DNA of 64,000 bases from Felis catus (GCF_018350175.1 NC_058381.1:40176001-40240000), one strand, 5' to 3'. Positions 16,446 to 39,942 are shown, counted from the first letter of the stretch. The notes: generated by a model from the sequence alone, not told the origin. A program made the numbers and translations.

Positions 16446-18078
16446 CATGGATACCCTATGTATAATTTTTAGAAGTGTTTAAATTGGAGAATAATATATC
16501 ACCAAATTTAGAATGGAATTTACCTTCAGGGGGACAGAGGGAGAGAAGAATGGGTAACGGATCAGTTCGAGGTCGACTTGTAACCTTTTTTTCCCAAAAA
16601 CTAAACCAAACAAACAAAACACACACATAGCAATAGTGTAAATACAGCACAAGGTTACATCTATCAAATCTTTGTTGTGGATTTATAGGTGTCTTATTGT
16701 TTTTTTTGTATTTTCAGATGTTTGAAATACTTCATAATTAGCAATTTAAAATAAGAAATAGCACCAGTGCCTTGTTTCACCAGGTGGCAAATCACAGCTC
16801 ACCGGCAGGGGACTTCAGCGCATGTGTCTTGCCCCATATACGAGGTGAGTAGCCCTGAAACCCACCCAGACAGCTCAGAAATCAATCTGGCTTTGTCCTG
16901 GGACAGAGTGATTTCCTTGAACTCCTTTCTCTTCTTCACCAAAGAAATCACTGTGGCAGAGACCAAGATCCAGGACAGCCTCCCCCAGACCTAGTCCTCC
17001 CAATTGACAGCCTTGACTAACATAGAGACAACGTTTTGTTTGATGCTTTACACACTGAGCGGTAAGAGAAAGTGTATTTACTGCGCTGAAACATTGGAGC
17101 TCTCACTCGCAAGGCAGAGGACTGGGTGTCTGGGAGGCACCTGTCCCTGATAAAGGCAGCTGCTGGTACCCATGGGTGAGTGGTGGTCCCAGCACATACG
17201 GAGAACTGATTGCATAGAGTGCAGAAGTGTATTCATAGCACACATGCAGGTGGCTTCTGGGAAGGAAGGATGAGAGGCTGAAGTACACCAGCTGGATCTG
17301 GGACATTCTGAGCACAGCGTGGAGGGTCACTCTGTCATTGTCCAGGGCCACGCCTGAGGTCTGGATAAGGGAGTTCCAGCAGCACCAGCGAAATCAACGA
17401 CACCGGAGCAGACACTAAGGAAGCTAAGTGTGTTAAGACAAGAGTTTATGACCAACACTGGAGCAGCCATCATCCTAGCAGCAGGACATAGTGTCAGCTG
17501 CATCTCAAGGAGAGATTACATAACTAGCACTTTAGCCCAAGATGGGACAGTTGGCTTGCATGGACTCAGCACGCACAACTGTGGGAACCATCAACCGTGG
17601 CCGGACATCAGGAGGCACCAGCAGGAGCAGGGCACCAGCATAACTGTCACTTCTGGGCTCCTTACCGGGTGCAGAAGAAAGAAAATGAGTTGTGTAGTTC
17701 CTGGTACTTGCTCAGTGTCCAATAAATGTTAGCTCCTGTCCTTCTTCTTGCAGGCACTTAGAAAAGAAAAAGGGGAACTTTCTAGAAATGTTACCCACTG
17801 TGCATTATTGAGTCAGCTCCCATAGTGAATATACACCATATTCAGGTGAATCCTGTTGACTTAGTGGTCCTACTGGTTTCCAGCAGGCCCAAGCGGACGC
17901 TGGGCTCACTGCACCTAATGAATGTTAATTAATGGTGATGAAGCCCTTTGGGGAGAGGATTAATGACACAGTCCTCCTGTGCTTTCAAGTGGTTTTATAA
18001 GAAGCACGTACACACAGAGTGAACACTTTGGAAAGAATGAATACAAATGAGAACCATCACTGCTTTGCAAGAGGAAAG

Positions 18079-18084
18079 TTTATT
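18079..18084 (-). terminator. Polyadenylation signal of KRT33B
   Basis: AATAAA on the minus strand ~325 nt after the stop; paralogous context. Confidence 0.7.
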
Positions 18085-18408
18085 AGATTTACAAAGGGAT
18101 TCGGGGAACTGCAAGGAAGGTCAAAGCAACAGAGAGAACCACAACACACGTCGTATGACACCTTCACAGCCCAGACCTGGCAGACCATCAGGTCACAGCA
18201 TAACTACAAGAGAGCAGCCTTGAATGATGAGGGTCAGGTGGGCTGGGCTCAGTGCCGGGCCACACCTGGGCGCTTGCTCTCCTTCCAGATCGTGATTTAT
18301 AGGGATGCCTGGGGCTGGCTCCTGTGGCTGATGCTCGTCAGAGAAGCAGGGCTGGCCCATCGATGGCCCCTCTGTCTTCATGCAATCCTCTTGCTGGCCC
18401 CTGGATAT

Positions 18409-24578
<6,170 letters not shown>

Positions 24579-24667
24579 GGTGCTGGAGGGCTTTTCAGCA
24601 GAGCTCTGAAGGTCAGTTCCAAAGGCTGATTCCTCTCTCTGGTGTAAGCCCTGGTCCTGTCCAGAGC

Positions 24668-24861
24668 TTTATATTCTGTCAGCAGTGGGTGTGGTGACCA
24701 CATGCAGCATTACCCGCCTTTTACCTTATTTACCCATTTTTCCACTTGTTATTTAGCCACCTCACACGAGTCCTTCACCTCATAAAACGTTTTACTCTGG
24801 CTTCCTGCTAAGTCAGGACTCCTCGCCAATTATGCTGGTTGGTTAAGTAAGACCTTCAAAG
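24668..24861 (-). promoter_or_regulatory. KRT33B proximal promoter
   Basis: TATAAA 24668-24673; CTCATAAAA 24779-24787; 18-mer 24807-24824; CTTTGAAG 24854-24861. Confidence 0.75.
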
Positions 24862-26797
24862 TGACCAACCCATGACCTTGTCAACAGCAGCGCTTATTCA
24901 TAGGGTTTTGAGTTAGAGTGACAGCTGTCCCCTGTCCCCCAGAGATGGAGGCACTTCTGTGCCTCTTTCTCCTAAAGGAGGAAACATTTGTGCCTCATCC
25001 AGCTCCCATTCAGTGAGGGCTCTGTGAGGAAAGCCACTTAAGGAAGCCTGCCTGGAAACTGGACTGTTCAGTAGGGAATCCTGGAAGCTGAGATCAGAGC
25101 AGACCTGTGAGGCCATCCTGTTCAACAGCCCTTTGCCCTTGCATGCGGACCAGTCGGAGGCAACTCTCTGCTCTCCTTAGAGGGGCTGCAGGAAGCCCCT
25201 CCACCCACCACCAGACTCCATTTCTACTGTTACTCAGTGGTCAGCAACGTTAAGGAAACAAACAACTTGGGAGTACCCACCCTGCATGAAGAATGTATTG
25301 TGTGCTTACACACAACAGGAGTGTTATCAGAATGGCACCGGATTCCTGAGGACCACTGTTCGATGCACCTCATATGCATTATTTCCTTCCGGCCTCACAA
25401 AACCCTGCAGGGTTTGTAGAGGAGGACCCCAAGCCTCTGAGAGGTTGCCTATGGTCCCAGGGCTCCCACACTGTGAGCCAGCATTCAACCCCAAACCTCT
25501 CTGACTCCAACAGCCACGCTCTCTCCATCACACCACTGTCTCTTCCAGTCTCCTCACTACTGACTTGCAATAATGCGCAAGTGGACAGAGTTCAGTGAAG
25601 CTCAATCACTACCAGGCACTATCCCCTCCTACATTAGAGAGGGCCAAGAAACAAAAGCCTGTTCTCCATCAAAGAACCAAAGGTCCTTTCCATTCTACTG
25701 GAAGGAAGTCTGCTAAATGAGAAAGTGTAATACCTGCTAAAAGCTTGGAAAAAAAAAAAAAGAAACCTTTGGTTGATTTGACAGAGAAACATCTGAGCCC
25801 AGTTCTCCAAAGGATGTGATCCTGAAAAACCACCACGCCATGACATGCTTAGTAGCATCTTTGACCATCAATATATTTCTGCCCCGGTGCTATTCCAGAT
25901 GGAGATATGAACTCTGAGGATTTTACGTTTCATCTATCGGCACTCAAAATAGGACAGAGACACCTTAAAGCAATTCCTTCTGGAAGCTATGTGCTCATTC
26001 CTCCTGTATAGCCACCGCTCACATCACCTCTTCTACAAAGCTGACCTCACACTCTGGGACACTTTCTTTTGGTTAGCCTCATTGAAGACAAATCTTCATC
26101 TTCTGAGAGTGTGTCTCTTTTTGAAACTCGCCGGATATCATTTGGAACCAAGCCTAGTAAGTGGGATAAGCAACGGAATTTGGTAGCAGCTTTAATGGGT
26201 CAGAAACACATTGGGACTGTAAAATAATAATGTACTCTTTCTTGGGTGATTCTGAAAGTCATTGCCAACATGAAGCTTCAGATCTGCTCCCATAAAGGGC
26301 AGCGAATTTGGAGTAAGTGTGGAGTCTCCCAGAAGGTAATGCTTTGAAGACACTGACATCCTTACCCACGTTCACAATCCACAACTCTCTGCCTCTCCTG
26401 CCTGAATCTCTACATTTAGAGAGAGATCAGACGGGCGTGCTAGTTTAAAATCAGTACCAGTAACATAAAGCAAATAGCTTTCATCAGATTCATCTTTTCT
26501 GTTTCGCTCCTTCTTCTATTTCCCAACCTTCCAAAGAGGAAAACCGAGACAATGGCACTTTTTTAAAGAATAGGAGAGATGCTGTATTCTGGATTGATAA
26601 ATATGTCCGCAGGGATTCCTAAACCATGATGGCAGCTTCTGCCTCAGAACAAAATGACCCAGAGATAAGTACCCTGTATCTTCAAAAGTGGAAGGTAGAG
26701 TTTAGAAAACATGACTACTCCCACCTCTTGAGCAAAAATAACCATGATTGCTGCATACCTACATGGTAATTAGATTATAATAGTTGAGAGGACTTGG

Positions 26798-26860
26798 GTT
26801 TATTTAGAAAAGAGCCAAGTTTTATTGACAGAGTTTATTTAGAAAAGAGCCAAGTTTTAT
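26798..26860 (+). repeat. Perfect 28-bp direct repeat with 7-bp spacer
   Basis: gtttatttagaaaagagccaagttttat at 26798-26825 and 26833-26860. Confidence 0.95.
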
Positions 26861-28139
26861 CTCCCAAGATTTCTGGAAGGCAGTTGTTTTTTATTTATTC
26901 CACTTACTGTGTGCTTGAATCCTTCCCTTTACATAAGCAATGTCATTGTCTCTAGTTAATGACCCTTCAATAAACATGATGAGCAGATCAAATCCTAACA
27001 AACAAAAAAGTTTTAGACCTGCCTGTGTAATTGTGGCAGACGCCACAGTAAGGCTTCTGGTCTCCAGATGTGAGAAAATTGCACTTGAGGTTAAAAGATA
27101 CTATTTATTATGGAAGCCAAGACTATATCCGTGGGAGAGATCACATGCCAACCCACTGGAGGCACTCAACCACAGAGTAGATTCAGCGCAGATCTACTGA
27201 GACCATCTTCCCATGGCAGAACTTTAAAGGTATTAGGAAGCCTCCCTCCTCCTTCCCAAAACCATCTTCTCTGATGGCCAGGTACTAGCACTTGAAATTC
27301 TCACCACGAGAAACATAAATTGCATTACTTGGGAAATGCAAAGTAACATACTGGGCCACTTACAGATTAATTCTATTTTAATGTAGACAAATGGCAAGAA
27401 GAGACCAGGAGTGCCATCGCTGGGCACACATAGACCAAGATACTGATGTTTGCCTAAAGATGAAGAGTTATTCACTGGAAAATCCGAAAAGCAGAAACAC
27501 TGTTCATTACCAACCCTAGCCCACCCTGCTGGGCCAGCCCCAGTTAGAGCTGCTTGTAAGAACAAGATATAGGGCTTCCATAGACTATTCCATAGAAGTG
27601 TCTATTGCCAGTTTATCAACCACTCAGTCTTACCACATTGAAGGGAGCAATTGTCACGGTGATCCAGGAATTAAACCAACAGGTTTGGCTTTGGGAAGAT
27701 GTTCAAACTAGATTTTCAATGAGGAACAAGCAGAGGAGGATATGCAGAATGAGCTAGGTCAATGCTAATATGGGCTGATCAAAATGCATCCCGAAATAGG
27801 ATTCAGAGCCCATCACTCAAATCCTCTCCAGAACTGCTGTTCTGTCCCTTACAGTCAGTCTTCGACTCCCAGTGGGAATGGAGTTTGGAGGTCCTTAAGG
27901 GACCAAGCCACATCATAAAAATGCAAAGCTCATCAGTATGTTTTTAACTCTATCCAGTCTAGAATAGAGAAGTCAAGAAGAATGTGAAAAAAAATCCAAG
28001 ACAATATAACTTAATGGTCCTAATCTGCGAAAGCTGGATTCAGGAACCACTCAGAGAAGGAATGAACACCTGTTTATGTGACTGCTCTGCATACCAAAGG
28101 GAAGAGCAGGTGCTAAAACATTTTGAAAGTTCCACAGAG

Positions 28140-28600
28140 GGGGCACCTGGGTGGCTCATTCAGTTATGCCTCTAACTTCGGCTCAGGTCATGATCATGGG
28201 TTTGAGCCCATGTTGTGTCGGGCTCAGCACTGACTGCTCAGAGCCTGGAGCCTGTACAGATTTTGTGTCTCCCTCTCTCTCTCTCTCTCTCTCTCTGCTC
28301 CTCCCCCACTTGTTCTCTCTCTCCCCCCCATCTTTTTCTCTCTCTCTCAAAAATAAATAAACACGTGGGGCGCCTGGGTGGCGCAGTCGGTTAAGCATCC
28401 GACTTCAGCCAGGTCACGATCTCGCGGTCCGTGAGTTCGAGCTCGGCGTCAGGCTCTGGGCTAATGGCTCGGAGCCTGGAGCCTGTTTCCGATTCTGTGT
28501 CTCCCTCTCTCTCTGCCCCTCCCCCGTTCATGCTCTGTCTCTCTCTGTCCCAAAAATAAATTTAAAAAAATAATAAAATAAATAAATAAATAAACACTTA
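28140..28600 (+). mobile_element. Two nested CAN-SINEs; the younger copy (from 28367) sits in the A tail of the older one
   Basis: Two SINE heads; aaataaataaacac is repeated before 28367 and near 28590. Confidence 0.88.
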
Positions 28601-28984
28601 AAAGAGTACACAGAAGATAAAGCAAAGTAAGCTTCATGTTTAGTATGAATACATTGTGTTGAACGTTTGTGTTAAGTTCACTATTAAGTTGGTAACTTGA
28701 AACAGATGTGAAAGTCACTGAACTATGACTTCTTTCCTCAGCAACCTATAGACCCTGCTCTCTCTATGGTCACCAGTGATCTCCCTATTACTATGTCCAC
28801 TGACTTGTCTGAATTCTCCTCTTTCTCTCCCTTCAAGAGAGACAATATCTTCACCTAATTGAAGCCTAGTGTAAACCATAGAATACTGTAAGTGGAATAA
28901 ATAAGGAACCATAACACTAATGAGGATTCATGAGAAGGATGCCATTGACCATTCCCTCATCAAAACCCCAATTTCTTTTGACTT

Positions 28985-29208
28985 CTTTTTTTAAATTTTT
29001 TTAATGTGTATTTATTTTTTGAAAGAGAGAGATGGAATGTGAGCAGGGGTGGTGGGGGGCAGCGAGAGAGGGAGACACAGAATCTGAAGCAGGGTCCAGG
29101 CTCTGAGCTGTCAGTACAGAGCCCAATGAAGGGCTCAACTCATGAACCGTGAGACCATGACCTGAGCCGAAGTCAGACGCTTAACCAACTGAGCCATCCA
29201 GGCACCCC
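28985..29208 (-). mobile_element. CAN-SINE
   Basis: Reverse-complement SINE body ending ccaggcacccc. Confidence 0.88.
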
Positions 29209-29840
29209 TTTTTTTTTTTTTACTTTTGTGTTGTTTCAGCTTCCCACTCCAACTGCTTTTAACCAGATATCACCTCTCTCCTTGGGGACTGGGCCAAATC
29301 GAGAAGGAACCTCACGTCAGGGATTTTGGAGAGCCTGAGGCCACTCTGTCATTTCTACCAGTGGTTCCCAAGGTTGTCCATAGTGTAACATCATCCCCTT
29401 GACAGTCTTAACAACTCCTATGGTTCTAACTGATCATCTCTGTTTAGGTAACTCTCCGACGTCTCTCCCAAATCCAGTCATTCTCTTCCAGCTTTCTCCA
29501 CTGGAGCCCCACTGGTGTTTTATTTTCTCAGGCTCAAAAAATGTCTCTCAAGTTGACCCAAAGCAGGTATTCAATCAGTACTAGTTTCCTTCCTTCCCTT
29601 TCCATTGTTCCTCTACCCCCAATTTGCTTCCACATCCCAGGCTGTGCCTCTGAAATCCACCCCGCCCTTGGCTCCCCAACCACCACCCCCATCTCAGTCC
29701 TGTTGTCTCTCACCAGCCTCCCAATGATTCTTCCTTCTTTTCCACCCAATCTCACCAACTTCTAGGACTCATCACAACCCGCCTTATACATAGCTCTCGA
29801 TAGATCATGTCCCAAACTTCCTTACAAATAAATCTCACAG

Positions 29841-30065
29841 GGGCACCTGGGTGGCGCAGTCGGTTAAGCGTCCGACTTCAGCCAGGTCACGATCTCGCGG
29901 TCCGTGAGTTCGAACCCCGCGTCAGGCTCTGGGCTGATGGCTCAGAGCCTGGAGCCTGTTTCCGTTTCTGTGTCTCCCTCTCTCTCTGCCCCTCACCCGT
30001 TCATGCTCTGTCTCTCTCTGTCCCCAAAATAAATAAACGTTGAAAAAAAAATTAAAAAAAAAAAA
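29841..30065 (+). mobile_element. Young-type CAN-SINE (SINEC_Fc)
   Basis: ggcgcagtcggttaagcgtccgacttcagccaggtcacgatctcgcggtccg; 17-bp TSD acaaata(a/t)atctcacag at 29824-29840 and 30066-30082. Confidence 0.92.
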
Positions 30066-31918
30066 ACAAATATATCTCACAGATAACCATGAAAAGCACT
30101 GCCAGATATGGTACTCCATGACTACTTTTCAGTTTCATCATCAGCCACCATATTTATGCTTTGCTCCAGTTAGAAATTGGTCTGCCGAGCTCTAGACACA
30201 TTTCCTGCTTCCTCTTCTCCTTACCAGGCAACGTTCATGTTTGGGAAAACTTTCCCTCTTGTCAGACCTGCATATACTCATCTGTCCAAACATACCCCAT
30301 CAAACTTCGTTTCAGAATTATGCTAATATCATACAGTAATCGTTGACTGAAGTTGGAACAAGGGAAGTATATTAAGTTTTAATAACCTTCTCATGAATCC
30401 TCATTAGTGTTACTGTTCCTTTATTCCACGTACAGTATTCTGTGGTTTACACTGGGCTATAACTGGGTGATGATATTGTCTCTCTTGAAGGATAGGCAGA
30501 CAGTATTCATATGAACAGAATATTTGGGTTTTCAAAGCTCTGATTGAGCGCTACCTCCTCTCTCTTTTTACCACTCTCTCACACTTAAACTATAGAAATA
30601 ATTCCTGAAATCATATAGTTTTTCTCTCACAGGTCAGATATGTATCATTCTTTACTTACACCTTTCTTGGGCCACATGGATGTTTGTCTGCATAAGGGTT
30701 GTCTCTTTGTCTTGTCCATTCTAGACTGTGAACATGCCGTGGGCCAGGACCAGGGCTCATTTATTTGTGTATTCTCAGTGCTCCACATGGAGCATACACA
30801 ACAGATGGTTGGTTGCAGTTGTGTAGGTTAGATAGGGCCAAATCGAATGAAGACTTGACACAGTGACCAAGAGAATTGAGAGCTCTAATAATTCAGATAT
30901 GAATCACATGGGAGGTAGGGTTCATGTCTGTTGGGGGAGACAATGAGCACTGGTCTTTCTTGAAATTATAAGAAATAAAATGATACAGAAGTTACAGAAG
31001 AACATTGTAGATAGGAGAGAAGACCTAGAGGAAAGAGGGAACTTGAAAAGAGGGGGAGGTGGGGAGATGCGCTTACCTGCATTTAAAGGGTCTTTAGATT
31101 ACGAAGTGTTGGGTGTAACAAGTGGGTAACAAGAGGAACCAGTTTGATGAAGATAAGTTTCAGTCCAATTAAATGTGATGTGGCAGCCTAGTATCAAGTG
31201 AAACTGTCCTATGGGCAACTAAAGACCTGGGACTTGAACTAAAATGAGAGCAAGATTCGGAGTTGTCAGCATAGAGGTGCTAGTTCTTCCTGAACGGGGA
31301 TGGAGGAGAAAAAAACACACCTGAGGATCTAGGCATTTCCTCCAATTGGGACAGAAAGGAGAAGGCAGGCTAATCAGGAGCTGGAAAATGGGTAGCAGGA
31401 GATATAACGAGAGAACCCAGAGTGTGCTGGTTTATGGAAATCATTGAAAGCACGTCTTCAGGGAAAGGCAGGTAATCTACAGTGGGGATGCAGGTACAGT
31501 TGACAGGTTGAAAGGAGAGGGTAGCTACTCTTTGAGCAGTTTCTACAGAAGCTGGTCTTTAAGCAGTTTACAAGAAAGGGAAACGGAAAATCAACCCCTG
31601 AATGATGAGGATGACCGTGAGAAATAGCAGTCAGATCTGGGGAGGACTCAGTATTGCCAAGGACCCTGCATCCAAGGAAAGAGGGGCATGAGTGTTGGAG
31701 GCCAGGTTTCCTTCATGGTCACCCCTTGGCAGGAGCTTCCCAGGAGAACAGTCCCTCCCCCCTCCAGCAGTATTTACCAGTGGAGCATAATGGCTGGAGT
31801 TAGTCATTTAACCCATTTCATCCTAACAAAGGGACGTTTTTATGAAATAGCCACAACAGGTACTTTACAGTGCATAAATATGAATGAGAAACACATTTAC
31901 TATGCCAGAGAAATGAAG

Positions 31919-31924
31919 TTTATT
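31919..31924 (-). terminator. Polyadenylation signal of KRT34
   Basis: AATAAA on the minus strand ~350 nt after the stop; paralogous context. Confidence 0.7.
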
Positions 31925-32276
31925 GGGAAGTAAATGAAGTAGCTTCCTTGAATTCCAGAGAATACCAAAGAAGCAAGAAAAACAGGAAACACAATACATA
32001 CAGGAAATGCCCTAAAAGTAATACCTGGAGCTCAGACACCATGGAGGTGGACATCTTCAGAAACAAAGACACTCGAACTTCAACAGAAAGGGATTTCCCA
32101 GACATTGGAAGTTAACCATGTGTGCCTTTGCTTGTTGAATCTGGAAGGCATTTTCATGTCTAGAGATATCATATTTGGCATGGCTAGGCTCCAAAGAAGG
32201 CAAGACCCGAGGACCTTTCCTTTGCTTGATCAGAGTGGCTTCATTGTTGTCTTCAAAGAGGGTGCAAGTTCTTAAA

Positions 32277-35629
<3,353 letters not shown>

Positions 35630-35713
35630 GGTGCAGGGAGAGGTGATGGAGAGCAAGTAAGCTAATCTAGGTGGATGTGGTGAGGTTTGAGTTTCTCCTT
35701 CCTCCATGGTCCT

Positions 35714-35923
35714 TTTATACCCTTAATGGTGGGTGGGGGTTGGCATACAGCATAATTTCCTTTCCTAATGCTTCAGCTAATTTTTTCTCCAAAATATGCT
35801 AGTTAGATGCCTGCAAAGAGTCTCCTCAACCCATAAAATTATTCCATTTAGCTTGTGTCACACCAGGTTCCTCATGGGTGCTAGTGGTTGGTGAAATCAG
35901 AATTTCATCAGATGGCTTCAAAG
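35714..35923 (-). promoter_or_regulatory. KRT34 proximal promoter
   Basis: TATAAA 35714-35719; CCCATAAAA 35830-35838; CTTTGAAG 35916-35923; the 18-mer is degenerate here. Confidence 0.7.
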
Positions 35924-38900
35924 GAGACAGAATCATCACAACCCCAAATGGCTCTCTCCATTACTCAGAGGGTAGGACAGCCAGGGACATGGGGTGGAGT
36001 TGTTTGGAACTCCTCACCCATGAGGTTATGCCACTAGATTCCCTGGAAAGAGAGTCTGGAGTGAACAGTCTTCCAAGGGCTCTCTTTTCCCAGTCCTACC
36101 CATGGTTCAGTGTTTGGTTCAACTTGACTTCATCGCAGAAATTTGTCCTGTATTAGTTGCAAGAAACCTGGGCCCTACTTATGAGAGTATTAATTGGGGC
36201 TGTGGAAATTTATCAATACATGGAGACTGAAAACAATGGAGTGTTCATGGCTAGGAAGTAAAACTGGCTGGCTGGGTGGGAATAGCCCTGAAGCAGATAT
36301 CAGCAAACTAGGGCCCACAGACCAAGTGCTGCCTCCTGCCTTTCTTTCTAAATATAGTTTTATTGGCACAGCCATGGTCATTTATTTAGGTATTGTCTAT
36401 GGCTGATTTTGTTCTACAATGGCAGAATTGAATAGTTGTAACAGGGACCATATGGTTTGCAAAGCCTAAAATATTTAGTCTCTGGCCCTTTATAGAAAAA
36501 GTTTACAAAACTGTACTGAAGCAACAATCTTCCTAAAGATGAGAAGAAGAAATATCTGGAAGGAAAATTATGCCTGGACTAGTCCATAGAGAGAGTTCAA
36601 GTGGCAATGTTGAGGCATAAATTTGAAGCATAATACTTCAGACTCAAGAAGAATGGAAAAACCAGAATGAGGAGCTCAGAGTTATCTTTGTGTGCATGGT
36701 GACCTTATCTCAAAGTCTCTGGATATTTCTTTCTCCTCGTTCCTAGACTTAATCCTCTTTGTGAGAGCATCATACGTCCCTAGAGTTGTGACTCTGCCAA
36801 CCTGAGATGCTCCCAAAACCAGTCACAACGCCCATGAGAACGCACTTTCACTCTGTCGTCCCTAAGAAGTGGACACCATCCCTGATGAGTGGGTGCCTCT
36901 CTATCACCTGTGGGGTCAGATACCCTTGGACCCTTCCAAATTCCTGGGAGTCTCCCTATTACCCAATAAAGAATCTTAACGAAGTAGCCCTCCTCATCTC
37001 ACCTTCTGTTCCTTGTCACTCTGTCCTTTATTCCACACAGAAACAAAATCACGGTTCAGACAGAAGTCCCAAAAAGTTATTTGTGGAACACAATATGAGT
37101 CATCTATGAAGGATGTGTCCAGATTTCAAAGGCAGTATCAAGGTAACAGAAAAGCACACACTTGGAGCTAAACCACCTGAGTTCACATTCTTACTGATGA
37201 GATGAGCTCCAAGAAGTGAGTTCCCCTTTTTCACTCTTGTTTTCTTCATCACTTAAATTTAAGTAGGAATAATGCTGCCCACCTCATAGTTCTGTTATAA
37301 AATTTAAGTAATGTATTGTGTGTGAATATGGTTGGGGGTGAGACCAGTGATTCTTTCTTTAACTTTTATCCTTCCTAGTGTTGGCCAGATGGCCCAGACG
37401 TAGAATTTTTTGAAAATTCAATTCTGTTGAGCAGACACATGGGTACATTGCCCAGGCCAATCCAATGGTGATAATACCTCATTCACCTACCTTGCGAACA
37501 CTAGGGACATAGAACTAAATCCATGAATTAATCAACAAAAATACAAATTTTAACATTGACTTGGTAGCCAGAATAGGAAGTTGGCAGAGGGCACACTGTG
37601 CCTACATTCTCTGCTAGGTTACTGATCTTGTGGGTTTGGTTATCTTGTCTGGGGTGGTTTTTGAGAAGACAAGTTCTCTACATGGAGATTGTATTGCCAC
37701 CAAAGCCTCCGTTCTTGTATTGGCATTGAAATGGGCTCTACTCATTTTCTGAGATTTCCCCAGCCTTGCATTTCTGTGCTAGCATCCATAATAATGATGA
37801 CAGTGGTTTTGGTGATACTGATGATGTTACTTAGCACTTCATGAGTACAAACAAGCTAGGTGCTAAGTGTTATGGCACATTTCTTATTTGACCCTCTCAA
37901 CAACCCTATAATATCGGTCTATAAAATTATTCCCATTTTACGGATAAATTAACAGCTTAGGGAAGGCTCGGAATTTTCCCAAGACACAAATAGTAAGTGG
38001 CAGAGTTGGGATTTAAACAATTCATTGTCTAACTCTTGAGCCCAAATACCTAAACACAATGCAAACATTTGGCACAGAAATTTCTCTGATTTTTTAAGGG
38101 GAAGAAAATCTTAGATTCCTTTCTTCCCATTGCCCCTCTCTTTATCATTTTTGCTTCTGATTCCCTCTGGGACCCTATTCCCAACCCTTTCCCAACCCCA
38201 TCAGTCCTCCAAAGCCTTGTTTGCTCAAGCAGCCTTTTCCCTCAGCTACTTGTTATGGTACCCTCTTGAACCAAAACCAAGTTACACTTATTACTTTTCT
38301 CCACAGGGAAATGGTTGTCCTTTTGCATTACTGATTGATACGTCCAGATTGGAGATTACACTGCCTCTTCTTAGCATCTAAACAAATCAAAATGCACAAT
38401 GGCAGGACCTAAGGTGATTTAGAATCTGAGAGACAGGCTTTTTGCCTCACCCTGAACTTTTAGCCCTGTAAAAGTTCACCTCTCAGAAGTAAGATCTATT
38501 TTTTAAGAATCAAAGAATTCTAAAGCTAGAAAGACCTGAATTTATGGAGAAGAAAACTGAGGTGCAAATGGTGAGGCAGGAAAGCAATGAGTATCAATAT
38601 GTCATTTCCTCATCGGGTAGTCTACTAGAACCCTTCACGTATGGTATTCTACCCTCACCCCAAACTATGAATGTTTCAATGCCATTATTGTCACCATATA
38701 TCAGAGATAAATAATCTGAAAAGAAGTGAACTTGTTCAAAATGATACAAGTAAGTAGACTTGAGTCTGCTGGGCCCTTACTGTGAGGTAGAGAGATGAGA
38801 CACTGGCCAGGGTGTGACAAAACACGAGAACTAGAAGAAAACAAAGAGGTGAGCTCATGAATTCCAATGCCAGCTCTGAGTATGGATGGCAAGACACACC

Positions 38901-39769
38901 TAGGCTTCCTGCATATTGCTTTGCTTCTTAGTAAACTGGAGGTTAAAAAGTGACAAATCCCACAAGCTTGTGATGAAGCGTGCCTCCTGGAAGTAATGAA
39001 ATGGGCTTTCACAGAGAAAAATGCTATGCGTTCCTGGACCATCCTGCTCTTCCTGCAGACACTGACAGTAGCCTCAGGCCTCAAAGAACTCAGTGAATGA
39101 CTTTGACCCCAGATATAAGGATGCAAAAAAGTGCCTTAGCTTACCCATAGCAAATACAAAATTTTCCAGGAAACAGGAAAAGAACCAGCAAAAATATTCA
39201 GGACACAAGCTTGGAGTTGGGTCAAGTCTCTGAGGATGATATTCCCAGTGGGCTAAGAGTTCAGACCAGGACAGCCAAGAGCCAATAAAACAGGTCACCA
39301 AAGAGCACTGGGCATGCCAAATGAGAAGGGCCTTGGGGCCCATCAGAAGATGGGTCTGGAGACAAAGAGCATCAGATAATGCTGAATAGAGCATGTACAC
39401 CAGGTGCAGAGCTAGGTGGGGGACTTAAAGAAAGAAACAATGGTGTGAAAGACAATAGGATGGTATACAAATTCTACCGTTGGGCAGGAAACAACAACAA
39501 CAAAAATGACTAGGTTCTCTATTCTTAAGAAGCTTGTCTATGTGTTAAGTCATCAATAATCAAAATAATAACCCTGATAAAAATGTCTGGCTTGCAAAGT
39601 GTTTCCATGAACACAATCTTCCATGATCCTCTTGGCAAGTGTATAAAGCAGGTAGAGAAGAGATTGTTACCTCCACTTTAAGGAAACTGAGGCTCAGAGA
39701 AGCTATGTGTCTCATCCAAGGACACAGAGTAGATGAGAGGATAAGTGAGAATCAAAACCCTGGTTTTGG

Positions 39770-39942
39770 CAAGTGGGTCACAACCTTGCTCATTAGAACC
39801 CCCAGTAGAGATTCTAAAACTCCTAGTGGCCAGGCTGTGTCCCAGACCAATTAAATCAAGCTTTCTAAGGACAAACTCAGTCTTCAGCACTTGTTTAGTA
39901 CCCCAGGTGATTTCAAAGCACCACCAAGGTTTAGAACCACTG
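39770..39942. mobile_element. MER5-family fragment
   Basis: ccagaccaattaaatca...ccccaggtgattt...ggtttagaaccactg. Confidence 0.5.

Larger units (their letters stand above)
28830..30491. repeat. Inverted repeat pair, arms 28830-28938 and 30386-30491
   Basis: Hand alignment: 96 of 106 positions identical plus one 3-bp gap. Confidence 0.92.
28740..30810 (+). mobile_element. Fragmented L2 element hosting later insertions
   Basis: Colinear L2-like pieces: ggtcaccagtgatctcc, ttgaccattccctc, ctctcaccagcctcc, ctagactgtgaac...; recognised by eye only. Confidence 0.45.

Noticed and set aside
28830-30491. Inverted repeat as the TIRs of one DNA transposon
   Set aside because: No flanking target-site duplication, no transposase remnant, and the interior looks like continuous host L2 plus SINEs.
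35630-35707. In-frame upstream ATG giving a 26-aa N-terminal extension of KRT34 (MEEGETQ...)
   Set aside because: The ATG at 35707 lies only about 7 nt from the TATA box (35714-35719), upstream of the expected transcription start. The paralogs all start at MPYN.
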